The position numbers were made by a program, and so were the translations under genes. Under the pieces are notes generated by a model. It saw only the letters and a list, made by a program, of their open reading frames with translations, was not told the DNA's origin and searched no databases. From Acidimicrobiia bacterium (lineage in GTDB: Bacteria; Actinomycetota; Acidimicrobiia; Spongiisociales; UBA11373), in NCBI GenBank assembly GCA_035514255.1, contig DATKBG010000109.1, forward strand, positions 1-34,240: a stretch of 34,240 nt of DNA, in the 5' to 3' direction. How positions within the stretch are numbered: position 1 is the first letter of the stretch; each line of letters opens with the position of its first letter. Of the stretch, positions 16,563-25,779 are shown one piece after another.

Positions 16563-17392
16563 GCGCCTGCTGCGACGACTGGGTTGGTCAGTTCACCGAT
16601 GCCCTCGACCCACGCCGTCATCTCGTCTCCGGGACTCAGATAACGTCGGGGATCGAGGCCGAACCCGGTTCCGTGCGGCGTCCCGGTGAGGATCAAGTCC
16701 CCGGGATTCAGCGTGGCCACCGCACTGCAGAACGTCACGATGTCGGCGATATCGAAGACGAGCTGGGAGGTCCGGGAATGCTGAAGAGTCTCACCGTTCA
16801 GACGCAGGCCGATCCCGAGGTCGTCGGCGGCTCCGAGCTCGTCGACAGTCACCAGCCACGGTCCCACCGGACAGAACGTGTCGTAGGACTTGGCTCGGAC
16901 GAATTGGCCGTCGGACACCTGAAGGTCGCGTGCGCTCACGTCATTCGCCACGGTGTACCCGGCAATCACGTCGAGCGCTCGCCCCTCGGGAACGTGGCGC
17001 GCCGGCCGCGAGATGACGACCGCCAGTTCGACTTCCCAGTCCACGTTCGAGGAGTCGTCGGGCAATACGACCGAAGCTCCCGGACCGATCAGGGAACTCG
17101 GGAACTTCGCAAAGATCAGCGGTTTCTCGGGGATCGCCATGCCCGATTCCTCGGCATGATCCCGGTAGTTGAGTCCGACACAGATCACTTTGCTGGGCGC
17201 AGGCACCGGGTTGAGAAGTTGCACGGCATCGAGACCCACGACCGCGGCGGGAGCCCTGGAAAGGGCTTCGAGGGAGGCAAGACTCCAGGATCCGATCGGA
17301 AGCGAATCGGCGGAGGCGAGCAGCCTCACCTCGTCATCGACGACGGTTCCCCACCAGACTCCGCCACCGTGGGCACACCTGGCTAGTTTCAT
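16559..17392 (-). CDS. fumarylacetoacetate hydrolase (FAH) family protein
   Basis: KVICVGLNYRDHAEE, PLIFAKFPSSLIGP, VDWEVELAVVI, GYTVANDVSARD and PGDLILTGTPHG. Start at ATG 17390-17392 with GAGGAG upstream. Confidence 0.85.
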   Translation of the reverse strand: MKLARCAHGGGVWWGTVVDDEVRLLASADSLPIGSWSLASLEALSRAPAAVVGLDAVQLLNPVPAPSKVICVGLNYRDHAEESGMAIPEKPLIFAKFPSSLIGPGASVVLPDDSSNVDWEVELAVVISRPARHVPEGRALDVIAGYTVANDVSARDLQVSDGQFVRAKSYDTFCPVGPWLVTVDELGAADDLGIGLRLNGETLQHSRTSQLVFDIADIVTFCSAVATLNPGDLILTGTPHGTGFGLDPRRYLSPGDEMTAWVEGIGELTNPVVAAGA

Positions 17393-17465
17393 CCGCACTC
17401 CTCGTCGTTCCGATAATTCTCTTGAACAATGACATTACACTCGCCCATCCCGACGAGGAGCTGAC

Positions 17466-18557
17466 GTGCGCAGGATCGTTGCCGAAGGCGGGCGCCCGGT
17501 GGTCGTCGATCTGGCGAGGCCATCCTGCGCCTCCGGTCGTGTCCTGGTCCAGGCGATGCATTCGACGGTGAGCGCCGGCACCGAAGCGTCGATTCTGCGC
17601 CGCAGCCTCGATCCCGACGCCCCTGACGTGGAGTACCCGGGCGAAGCACCGTATCGCCGCCCCAACATCCGGCGCTGGATGCGGGAGGCCCCCGAGCCGA
17701 CGCCGCCTCTGCCGGGCCGGTTGTCACTCGGATACAGCTTGGCGGGCCGAGTCATCGAAGTCGGTTCCGACGTTGCCGATGTCATGCCAGGCGATCTGGT
17801 GGCATGTGCGGGCAGCCAGGACGCGCACCACGCCGAGATCGTCGCAGTCAGCCGCAGCCTCGTCGCCCCGGTCCCTCCCGAGGTGACGTCACAGCAGGCG
17901 GCTTTCGTCACGCCGGGGGCCGTGGCGGCGGAATCCGTCCGTCGCACCGACTGCCGATTCGGGGAGACGGTGCTCGTCTATGGCCTGGGGCTCCTCGGCG
18001 TCCTGGCCGCCCAGGTCGCCCGTCGCGCCGGGTTGTACGTCATCGCGCTCGAGATCTCCCCGGAGCGGCGACGCTTCGCCAGGACACTCGGCTTCGATCA
18101 CGTCCACGATCCAGCCTCGGACGACATCAGCGACCGGGTGATGGAGGCGACAGACGGATTCGGCGCAGACGCCGCCATCCTCGGCCTCGTGTCCGAGTCC
18201 AGCGAGCCGGTGAATCAGGCTCTGGCCTCGACCCGTCGCGGGGGCCGGGTGGTCGGCGTCGGTGTGTTCGGCATGAACTTCGACCGCGGCGCGGTCTTCG
18301 ATCGAACCTACGTCCAGGCAATCGCCTTCGGCGCCGGGCGTTACGACCCCTGGTACGAGGAGGGAAACGTCGACTACCCGATCAACCACGTCCGCTGGAC
18401 CGAGAACCGGACGATGGCCTATTTCCTCCGTCTTCTCGCAGAGGGGGCGGTGTCGGTCGACGGATTGTCAGAGACGTTCGCACTCGACGACGCCCAGACC
18501 GCCTACGACCGTCTGGCGGCAGTGGACCGCCCTTTCACAGTGCAATTTCGCTACTGA
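17466..18557 (+). CDS. MDR-superfamily oxidoreductase, atypical; paralog of 8522..9634
   Basis: GRVLVQAMHSTVSAGTE, LGYSLAGRVIEVG, PGDLVACAGSQDAHHAE, VYGLGLLGVLAAQ and RWTENRTMAYFLRLLAEG are collinear with the 8522..9634 product. GAGGAG lies 6 nt upstream of GTG 17466. Confidence 0.8.
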   Translation: MRRIVAEGGRPVVVDLARPSCASGRVLVQAMHSTVSAGTEASILRRSLDPDAPDVEYPGEAPYRRPNIRRWMREAPEPTPPLPGRLSLGYSLAGRVIEVGSDVADVMPGDLVACAGSQDAHHAEIVAVSRSLVAPVPPEVTSQQAAFVTPGAVAAESVRRTDCRFGETVLVYGLGLLGVLAAQVARRAGLYVIALEISPERRRFARTLGFDHVHDPASDDISDRVMEATDGFGADAAILGLVSESSEPVNQALASTRRGGRVVGVGVFGMNFDRGAVFDRTYVQAIAFGAGRYDPWYEEGNVDYPINHVRWTENRTMAYFLRLLAEGAVSVDGLSETFALDDAQTAYDRLAAVDRPFTVQFRY

Positions 18558-18629
18558 CGTTTCGTTGACGCAACACAAAAGATCAACTACTTTTGATTTT
18601 GACTGATCAACGAATCGTCGGAGCGTGGA
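18558..18629 (+). promoter_or_regulatory. AT-rich, repeat-dense spacer with a candidate internal promoter
   Basis: TTGACG (18565-18570), 17 bp, TACTTT (18588-18593). Inverted repeat ttcgttga (18561-18568) / tcaacgaa (18607-18614). Inner caaaag (18576-18581) / cttttg (18590-18595). Direct repeats gatcaac at 18581 and 18605. Confidence 0.35.
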
Positions 18630-19379
18630 GTGACACGAACTGATCCAGACATCTTGGCCGCCATCGCAGGATTCGACACGCCCTCGGTGTTCAATGCCGT
18701 CCGAACGTTGTTGGGGGGCGGACCCGAGGGCGAGGGTCTCGAGCACCGGGGCGGGGTGCCCGTCAATTACACCGACCACACGATGCGGGCGATGTTGCCG
18801 GAACTCGGTATGGCGGTCGGGTACGCCACCACCTGCGAAGTCACCACCAACAACCGAGACTTTCCCGAACTGTCCTGGGACAGCTACTACGACTACATCG
18901 ACGCCACGCCAGGCCCCACCCTGACGATCATCAAGGATGTCGGCACGCGTCCCGGTCGGGGGTCGTCGATCGGCGACGTGATGTCGACACAACACAAGAT
19001 GCTCGGGTCCAAGGGCATGGTTGTCGACGGCACGATCCGGGACATCGCCGGGCTGCGCAGGGCGGGACTCCCGATCTGGGGTTGGGGTCAGGTGCCGGGT
19101 CACGGCCTCTTCTACACGACTCGTTTCGACGCGCCGGTCACCGTTGCCGACCTCGCGATCAGCCCAGGTGACCTGTTGGCGGCGGACGCCGATGGCGTGG
19201 TGAAAGTCCCTTCCCGAGTGGATCCGGGGGAGCTGCTCGAGGAACTGCGGGCCATCCGCCGCCGGGAGGACGCTCTCAACGCCGAGTACGCCAAGCCGGA
19301 CGCCGATCTCGCCGCGATCCGCGCCTACTTCGTCGACGGCTTCCACGCGGCCGGGCTCGAGAGAGACGGCGAAGCATGA
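18630..19379 (+). CDS. RraA-family protein (4-hydroxy-4-methyl-2-oxoglutarate aldolase / oxaloacetate decarboxylase-like)
   Basis: GSSIGDVMSTQHKMLGSKGMVVDGTIRDIAGLRRAGLPIWGWG and GDLLAADADGVVKVP match the RraA/DlpA fold pattern. GTG start with GGAG upstream. Confidence 0.75.
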   Translation: MTRTDPDILAAIAGFDTPSVFNAVRTLLGGGPEGEGLEHRGGVPVNYTDHTMRAMLPELGMAVGYATTCEVTTNNRDFPELSWDSYYDYIDATPGPTLTIIKDVGTRPGRGSSIGDVMSTQHKMLGSKGMVVDGTIRDIAGLRRAGLPIWGWGQVPGHGLFYTTRFDAPVTVADLAISPGDLLAADADGVVKVPSRVDPGELLEELRAIRRREDALNAEYAKPDADLAAIRAYFVDGFHAAGLERDGEA

Positions 19380-20380
19380 CCGGACGTGTCTTCCAGGTAG
19401 ACGACACCAAGTTCCTGGTCCCGTACACCTATGAGGTGTCTCGTTTGAGTGAAGCAGGGATCACACTCATCGAAGGTTTCTGCGAGAGCCCCGAGGATGT
19501 GGTCTCCCGTGCGGTTGAGGCAGACGTGTTGTGGCTCTCTTGGAACCCGCACATCGACCGGGCCATCCTCGAACAGCTCCCCCAATGCCGCCTGGTCATC
19601 CGATGGGGCATCGGCTATGAGCAAATCGACTTGGAGGCCGCCACCGATCTGGGAATCGCCGTGGCAAACGCCCCGACGTACGGCACCGAGGACGTGGCCG
19701 AGCACACCCTGGCACTTCTCCTGGCGCTGGAACGGCGCCTCGTCGCCTTCGACGGGGACATGCGCCGGGGGGGCTGGAGTACGCCCCAGGCCGGTTCGAT
19801 ACGCCGGATTCGGGGCCGCACGGTTGGGCTGATCGGCGTGGGACGAATCGGGGCGGCATTTGCTCGCCGCGCCCAGGGGATCGGCCTCGAGGTCATCGGC
19901 CACGATGCCTATCGCTCCGATGAGGAGTTCGCCGCCATCGAGGTCGAGCGGGTCCCGCTGGACGAGCTCGCCCGACGTTCGGACTATGTCTCGATTCACG
20001 TACCCCACACCCCCGAGACCGAGGCGATGGTCGATCGAGCGTTCTTTTCGAAGATGAAGCCGTCGTCGTATCTCATCAACACGTCTCGCGGGAAGGTCGT
20101 GAACGAGCCTGACCTGATCCACGCACTCACCGAGGGGGTCATCGCCGGTGCAGGACTCGACGTGTTCTGGACCGAGCCGCTCCCCGCCGACAGTCCCCTT
20201 CGCGCACACCCCAACGTGATCATCACGCCTCACTTCGCCGGCTATTCGGCCGATTCCTGGTCGGATCTGCGGGAAGAGATGTGTCGCACGACCATCGATT
20301 TCCTGACGACCGGATGGGCCGAGACCATCGTGAATCCCGGGGTACGCCCGCGTTTGCGGAGCGTGCCGGCGCTGCCGTAG
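19376..20380 (+). CDS. D-isomer-specific 2-hydroxyacid dehydrogenase family protein
   Basis: GRTVGLIGVGRIG NAD loop, NTSRGKVV (catalytic Arg region), GAGLDVFWTEP and ITPHFAG (His). ATGA overlap with the RraA-like gene at 19376-19379. Confidence 0.85.
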   Translation: MTGRVFQVDDTKFLVPYTYEVSRLSEAGITLIEGFCESPEDVVSRAVEADVLWLSWNPHIDRAILEQLPQCRLVIRWGIGYEQIDLEAATDLGIAVANAPTYGTEDVAEHTLALLLALERRLVAFDGDMRRGGWSTPQAGSIRRIRGRTVGLIGVGRIGAAFARRAQGIGLEVIGHDAYRSDEEFAAIEVERVPLDELARRSDYVSIHVPHTPETEAMVDRAFFSKMKPSSYLINTSRGKVVNEPDLIHALTEGVIAGAGLDVFWTEPLPADSPLRAHPNVIITPHFAGYSADSWSDLREEMCRTTIDFLTTGWAETIVNPGVRPRLRSVPALP

Positions 20381-21247
20381 GAGAAGCGTTCGTCGATCGC
20401 CGCGCTCGAGGCTGCGTTGGGCGAGACCCCGAGTTCGCGACGAATGTCGACGCGGTCAACACCGACCGCGGGAGGTGGCGCCGTGCGCTGGAGCGAGCGG
20501 GTGGGGCGCGGGCTGTCACCTCGTTCTCCCTCGGCGAGTCGGTCCTCACCCAGCCGTCCACTTCTCCTGAGTCAGCTTCGAAAGGAACGCACATAGATCG
20601 GGTCGCTCCGAGCGCGGCGGCGGCCCGCGAACGAGTACGTGGAACACTCGCCGTGGACCAGTTCGCCTCCGCCGACCACTCCCTCCCTCGCCACTGCGGC
20701 GTTCGGAGCGTCGTTCCCCCACGCGAGGTGTCCGAGCTGGCTGGGATGATCAAAGAAGGCGCCGAGCTGCGGCAAGCCGCCCCTGGCGCGCTGATCGTCG
20801 TGGCAGCTGGTCCGATCCCCTCCCGGTCGTGGGCCCGACAATGCCCTGCGCTTCTCGCCCCCTCACCTAATGGCATAGCCTATTTCCGAGGGGATGGACG
20901 ACCGCCGTCAGCGTCCGACGGCCGATTCCTCCCCCGCGCCGCCAGATGGTCGATCCCGCCACTTCAGCACCGACGAAGCCGGCGCACGGTCCTGCACATT
21001 GTCATCGCCGGAAGCGGCACCACGACTGTCCACATCGGCAACGCCGTCTACCTGACGAACCATCTCGCCTAGTCGAGGCGGTGCTGGCGGATCGGTCGCT
21101 GATCGCGAGTGCGATCGAAGAGACTCCGCTTCGAGGCGCGCTCCCCCCAGGCTGGAGGGAGGATTCATCGCGGTATGGCACCTGATCACGACCCACCGCC
21201 GCCTGCGCTCAGTGCAAATCACGGGCGATCCGCAGACTGGCCTCGCG

Positions 21248-22621
21248 TCAGAGTGGCGGCGCAACCACCGTGGGCCACGGGCCACCCAAGGCCGACTCAA
21301 TGGTCTCCATGAGATCCAGGATGCGATCGTCTGAGAACTGCGGACCGACGACCTGCAGACTGATCGGAGCCCCGTCGGCGTCACGACCCACGGGAAGCGT
21401 ACCGGCCGGCACCGCCGCCAGGTTCCACGGGTTGACGAACCGAGTGAGGGCCGAGGTGCGGGTCTCGATCACACCGCCCACCACCACCTCCGCCTCACGC
21501 TCGACCTCTGAACTATCGGGCACCCGGCAGGGAAGGGTGGGCGACAGGAGGAAATCGTACGAGGCGAAGGCCTCGGTTAGCTGGGCGCGGAAGCCCGCCA
21601 CACGGTGGTAGGTGCGAGCCAGTCGTCGAGCGCTGATCTCGGAACTGCGGCGGATGACATCTTGGAGTACGGGGTGTTCGTCGAGCACGTCCCCGAAGTG
21701 GTCCTCGATCATCGCCGCCGATTCCACGATGCCGATCGTCCACGGACCCAACTCCATCGAATCGTTGATCAACGGAATCGAAACCCGCTCCACGACCGCA
21801 CCCTGGCCCGCCAGCAGGTCGAGGACCGACTCGAACGCCGACCGCACGTCAGCGTCGATGTTCGAGTCGAGCAGCTCGGCCGGTACCCCGACTCGAACCG
21901 GACCCGAGAGCGGCGCCTGAGGGGTAGCCGGCAGGCAGTAACGGTCCTCACCGTCCGGACCTTGGATGGCGTGAAGCAGCAGGCGGGTGTCGGCCACCGT
22001 CATCGCCATGGGTCCCACGGTGCCCATGGAGTAGGTGAGACCGCCGGCCCGGGTGAGCGGCACGAGTCCGCGGGTCGTGTGGAGGCCGACGACGCCGCAG
22101 CAGGCCGCAGGGATCCTGATGCTGCCGCCAGCATCGCTCCCCAGGGCCCCGTGGACCAGACCTGCCGCGAGGGCGGCGGCCGATCCACCCGACGAACCCC
22201 CCGACACCAACCCGTAGGACCTCGGGTTCTTCGTCTGTGGAGTCACGCCCCCCGCGACGGTGTCGGCCATCGGAGACGCAGTTGTTCCCGCCACGACCGC
22301 GCCTGCATCGATGAGCCGGGTCAGCACGGTGGCGCTGTCCAGGGATGGCTTGGCGGCAGCTCCATTGGCTTGGAGCGACGACCAGTTCACGTAGCCCGCC
22401 ATCGAGACATGATTCTTGATGCCGAGCACCATGCCGGCCAGGGGGCCCGAGGGAGACTCACCGGGAAAGTCGACCATCTGCACGAACGCACCCAGCGTCG
22501 GCTCCCACCGCTCGGCCCTCTGCAGTGCGTCGCGGTGAAGCTCTCCGACCGTGGTGGAGCTCTCTGCCACCGCCGCGATCGCGCCGCGACCGTCCAAGCC
22601 GCCGGGGCCGCGATTCTCCAT
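21248..22621 (-). CDS. amidase (amidase-signature family)
   Basis: GGSSGGSAAALAAGLVHGALGSDAGGSIRIPAACCGVVG is the AS-family signature. Start at ATG 22619-22621, one nt after the upstream ATPase stop; the ORF-track extension overlaps that gene. Confidence 0.85.
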   Translation of the reverse strand: MENRGPGGLDGRGAIAAVAESSTTVGELHRDALQRAERWEPTLGAFVQMVDFPGESPSGPLAGMVLGIKNHVSMAGYVNWSSLQANGAAAKPSLDSATVLTRLIDAGAVVAGTTASPMADTVAGGVTPQTKNPRSYGLVSGGSSGGSAAALAAGLVHGALGSDAGGSIRIPAACCGVVGLHTTRGLVPLTRAGGLTYSMGTVGPMAMTVADTRLLLHAIQGPDGEDRYCLPATPQAPLSGPVRVGVPAELLDSNIDADVRSAFESVLDLLAGQGAVVERVSIPLINDSMELGPWTIGIVESAAMIEDHFGDVLDEHPVLQDVIRRSSEISARRLARTYHRVAGFRAQLTEAFASYDFLLSPTLPCRVPDSSEVEREAEVVVGGVIETRTSALTRFVNPWNLAAVPAGTLPVGRDADGAPISLQVVGPQFSDDRILDLMETIESALGGPWPTVVAPPL

Positions 22622-22622
22622 G

Positions 22623-23732
22623 TCAGTCTTGGTCACTGTCTTGCTCCTCTGTGTGTAGTTCGGGGGGCGTATGGGCCGGAAAACTGGGCCGCACTTCGCG
22701 GGACTCCGGGAAGTGGCACGCCACCGAGTGTCGTGAGATCCCGTCGGCGACGAGCTGCGGCTCGTCCTCGGCACAAATCGGCTGCGCCTTCCAACAGCGC
22801 GTTCGAAATCGACAACCCGAGGGTGGCGACGCCGGACTGGGGACGTCTCCCTTCAACACGATCCTGTTCGCCAGGCCGCGCTTCGTGGGATCAGCGACTG
22901 GAACGGCGGACAGCAATGCTTGGGTGTAAGGATGCCTGGGCGTGTTCTTCACCTCGTCCCGGGATCCGATCTCGACGATCTTCCCGAGATACATCACTGC
23001 GATGCGGTCGGAGATGTGGTTGACCACCGACAAGTCGTGGGCGATGAAGAGGTACGAGAGCGCCAGCTCCTCCTGCAGTCGCTCCAGAAGGTTGACAATC
23101 TGCGCCTGAATCGACACATCGAGTGCCGACACGGGCTCGTCGAGGACCAGGAGTTGCGGCCCGAGGGCGAGCGCGCGGGCGATGCCAATGCGTTGTCGCT
23201 GTCCGCCGGAGAACTCGTGAGGGAACCGACTCCCGTGCTCTTCCCTCAATCCGACCAACTCCAGGAGTTCCTGCACCTTCGTCCGTAGCGCCTTGCCCGT
23301 CGCGATGCCGTGCACCCTGAGCGGCTCCCCGATGATCGATCGCACGGGCAAGCGAGGATCGAGCGAAGAAAACGGATCTTGAAGCACGATTTGCATCTCC
23401 CGACGGAAAGACCGCAGGGCATGACCACGAGCCTTCGTCAGATCGTGTCCCCGAAACGTCACGTGACCAGCCGACGGCTCGATCAGTCGGAGAACTGCGA
23501 GGCCGGTCGTCGACTTGCCACACCCGGACTCGCCCACCAGGCCGAGCGTTTCGCCCGAGTACAGGGAGAACGACACCCCGGCTACGGCCTTGACCGTCCC
23601 CAACCTTCGTCGGAGGATCGTCGACTTGATCGGAAACTCGACAGCCAGATCCTCGACCCGGAGGATCTCCTCGCCCCGGGCGAGAGGGGTGTGGAAGTCG
23701 TCGGCCGTGTCGGTACGTTCGCTCGTTCTCAT
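22623..23732 (-). CDS. oligopeptide/dipeptide ABC transporter ATP-binding protein (OppF/DppF-like)
   Basis: Walker A GESGCGKST, signature FSGGQRQRIGIARAL, Walker B LLVLDEPVSALD, and a C-terminal Cys-containing oligopeptide-transporter extension (CRFRTRCWKAQPIC). ATGA overlap at 23729-23732. Confidence 0.9.
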   Translation of the reverse strand: MRTSERTDTADDFHTPLARGEEILRVEDLAVEFPIKSTILRRRLGTVKAVAGVSFSLYSGETLGLVGESGCGKSTTGLAVLRLIEPSAGHVTFRGHDLTKARGHALRSFRREMQIVLQDPFSSLDPRLPVRSIIGEPLRVHGIATGKALRTKVQELLELVGLREEHGSRFPHEFSGGQRQRIGIARALALGPQLLVLDEPVSALDVSIQAQIVNLLERLQEELALSYLFIAHDLSVVNHISDRIAVMYLGKIVEIGSRDEVKNTPRHPYTQALLSAVPVADPTKRGLANRIVLKGDVPSPASPPSGCRFRTRCWKAQPICAEDEPQLVADGISRHSVACHFPESREVRPSFPAHTPPELHTEEQDSDQD

Positions 23733-24811
23733 TCGCGACCCGCCCTAACGTCGATCCCCACACGCTCCGACACCGCGCGCGCTTCGGTTTCCATTTCCGT
23801 CGTGAAGTGGCATGCAGCCGCCTGCTGGGCGTCTACCTCGACGAGTGCGGGTTCGACTTGCCTGCACAGGGACCGGCCCCGACCCAGCGAGCAACGCGGA
23901 GCGAAGGCACACCCCTGCGGGAGGAAGTTGAGGTTGGGGGGTTGTCCGGGAATCGAATAGAGCTGCTCCATGCGTACGTCGAGGCGGGGGAGGCTACCCA
24001 TCAGGCCCAGCGTGTATGGGTGGCGCGGGTCCTGGAACAGCCGAAGAATCGAGGTCGACTCGACCACCTTCCCGGCGTACATCACAAGCACGCGATCGGC
24101 CACCTCGGCGATCACCCCGAGGTCGTGTGTGATGAGGATCGTGGCGGCGTTCGTCTCCTTGCGCACGACCTCCAGCAGTTCGAGAATCTGCGCCTGGATG
24201 GTCACGTCGAGCGCCGTCGTCGGCTCGTCGGCGATGAGGATCTTGGGTCGATTCGCGATCGCCATCGCGATCATGGCGCGCTGTCGCATCCCACCCGAGT
24301 ACTCATGCGGAAACTGGCTGAAACGTTCGGCCGGGCTTGGCACGCCAACGAGCGCCAGAAGGTCCGTCGACGTGATCTTCGCCGAGCGGCGACTCATCGA
24401 TCGATCGTGCACGCGGAGGGCTTCGGAGAGCTGATGGCCAATGGTCTGCACCGGATTGAAGGCTGTCATCGGGTCCTGGAAGATCATGGCGATCTCCTTG
24501 CCCCGAACCTTCCTCAGCTCGCGCTCCGACATCGTCAACAAATTGCGTCCCCCGAAGAGGACGGGTCCACCGGTGACGGTTGCCGACTGTGACGGAAGCA
24601 GCCCGAGCACGGCGGCAACGCTCACACTTTTCCCGGACCCCGACTCGCCGACGATCCCGAGCACTTCGCCGGGATAAACCTCCCAACTGACACCCCGTAC
24701 GGCATGAATGACGCCCTCCTCGGTCTTGAAGTCCACTCGGAGGTCGTGCACGGACAGCAGAGGATCCGGTCGAGCGGCCGAGGGATGGACCGTGGTTTCC
24801 ATCGCGCTCAC
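23729..24811 (-). CDS. oligopeptide/dipeptide ABC transporter ATP-binding protein (OppD/DppD-like)
   Basis: Walker A GESGSGKSV, signature YSGGMRQRAMIAMAI, Walker B ILIADEPTTALD, and a C-terminal CAFAPRC motif. GTGA overlap at 24808-24811. Confidence 0.9.
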   Translation of the reverse strand: MSAMETTVHPSAARPDPLLSVHDLRVDFKTEEGVIHAVRGVSWEVYPGEVLGIVGESGSGKSVSVAAVLGLLPSQSATVTGGPVLFGGRNLLTMSERELRKVRGKEIAMIFQDPMTAFNPVQTIGHQLSEALRVHDRSMSRRSAKITSTDLLALVGVPSPAERFSQFPHEYSGGMRQRAMIAMAIANRPKILIADEPTTALDVTIQAQILELLEVVRKETNAATILITHDLGVIAEVADRVLVMYAGKVVESTSILRLFQDPRHPYTLGLMGSLPRLDVRMEQLYSIPGQPPNLNFLPQGCAFAPRCSLGRGRSLCRQVEPALVEVDAQQAAACHFTTEMETEARAVSERVGIDVRAGRE

Positions 24812-25779
24812 CTCGTTTGCCGGGGGTCGAAGGCATCCCGTAGCCCATCACCGATGAAGTTGATGGCCAGAACGGTCATGGCGATGGCGATGCCGGGTGG
24901 GATCCACAGCCACGGCAGGCCCTCGAGGACGGTGATGGATTGGGCGTCGTTCAGCATCCCTCCCCAGCTGGCTTGTGGCTGGCGGACGCCTAGCCCCAAG
25001 AAGGACAGCGCCGCCTCGAGCAGAATTGCCTGGGCGCTGAGCAGGGTGGTGACGACGGTGAGTGGCGAGATCACCCCGGAGAGGACATGCCGACGCATGA
25101 TCCGCAGGTTCGTCGCGCCGCTGGCGCGCGCAGCGAGAACGAAGTCGTGCTCTCGCAACGCGAGCGTCATCTGGCGGACGATCCGACACGAGGTCGGCCA
25201 TTCGAACAGAGCAATCACCACCACGATCGTGGTGACACTCGGGCCGAGGATCGCGACCAACAACAATATGACGATCAGTGAGGGGAACGAGAGAAAGATG
25301 TCGACCACCCGCATGATGATGGTGTCGATCCAGCCGCGGCTGAAGCCGGCGAGGAGGCCGAGCGCGGTCCCGACGCCGGCAGCGGACACTGCCGCCGCGA
25401 TCCCAACGGTGAGCGAGACACGCGCCCCGAAGACGATCCTGCTCAATACATCGCGTCCGGCTGAGTCAGTGCCGAGCAGATGTTCAGATGTCGGCGCCTG
25501 ACGAAGTGCCATGAGGTCGACCGCGTTCGGGTCGGCGGGTGCCACCGCTGGGGCGAAGACAGCCATGAGTCCAAGCAATCCGATGAAGACGACACTGGCG
25601 AACGCCAGCCGGTGGCGCATGAACCGCCTCATCGCGATGCGGAGCGGAGAGCGGGCGGGCGGTCGTTCGCCCGCCGTCACGAGATCGTCTTCACCCGTGA
25701 GGGCATTGTCGCCTGCGATCACCGCCGCCTCGATCATGGCGTTCGCGTCGATGGCGTCTTCATGGCCGTCACGTATCAC
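24808..25779 (-). CDS. ABC transporter permease (DppC/OppC-like)
   Basis: Multi-pass membrane protein with the binding-protein-dependent transport loop ARASGATNLRIMRRHVLSGVISPL. GTGA overlap at 25776-25779. Confidence 0.9.
   Translation of the reverse strand: MIRDGHEDAIDANAMIEAAVIAGDNALTGEDDLVTAGERPPARSPLRIAMRRFMRHRLAFASVVFIGLLGLMAVFAPAVAPADPNAVDLMALRQAPTSEHLLGTDSAGRDVLSRIVFGARVSLTVGIAAAVSAAGVGTALGLLAGFSRGWIDTIIMRVVDIFLSFPSLIVILLLVAILGPSVTTIVVVIALFEWPTSCRIVRQMTLALREHDFVLAARASGATNLRIMRRHVLSGVISPLTVVTTLLSAQAILLEAALSFLGLGVRQPQASWGGMLNDAQSITVLEGLPWLWIPPGIAIAMTVLAINFIGDGLRDAFDPRQTR

Noticed and set aside
20223-21072. ORFs 20223..20876 (-, 217 aa) and 20281..21072 (+, 263 aa) as real genes filling the 20.4-21.2 kb gap.
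   Set aside because: Both are low-complexity (Arg/Ser/Pro/Ala-rich). Both overlap the 3' end of the 2-hydroxyacid dehydrogenase gene by 100-160 nt. They have weaker third-position G+C bias than a third, stop-interrupted frame, and neither has a recognisable domain.
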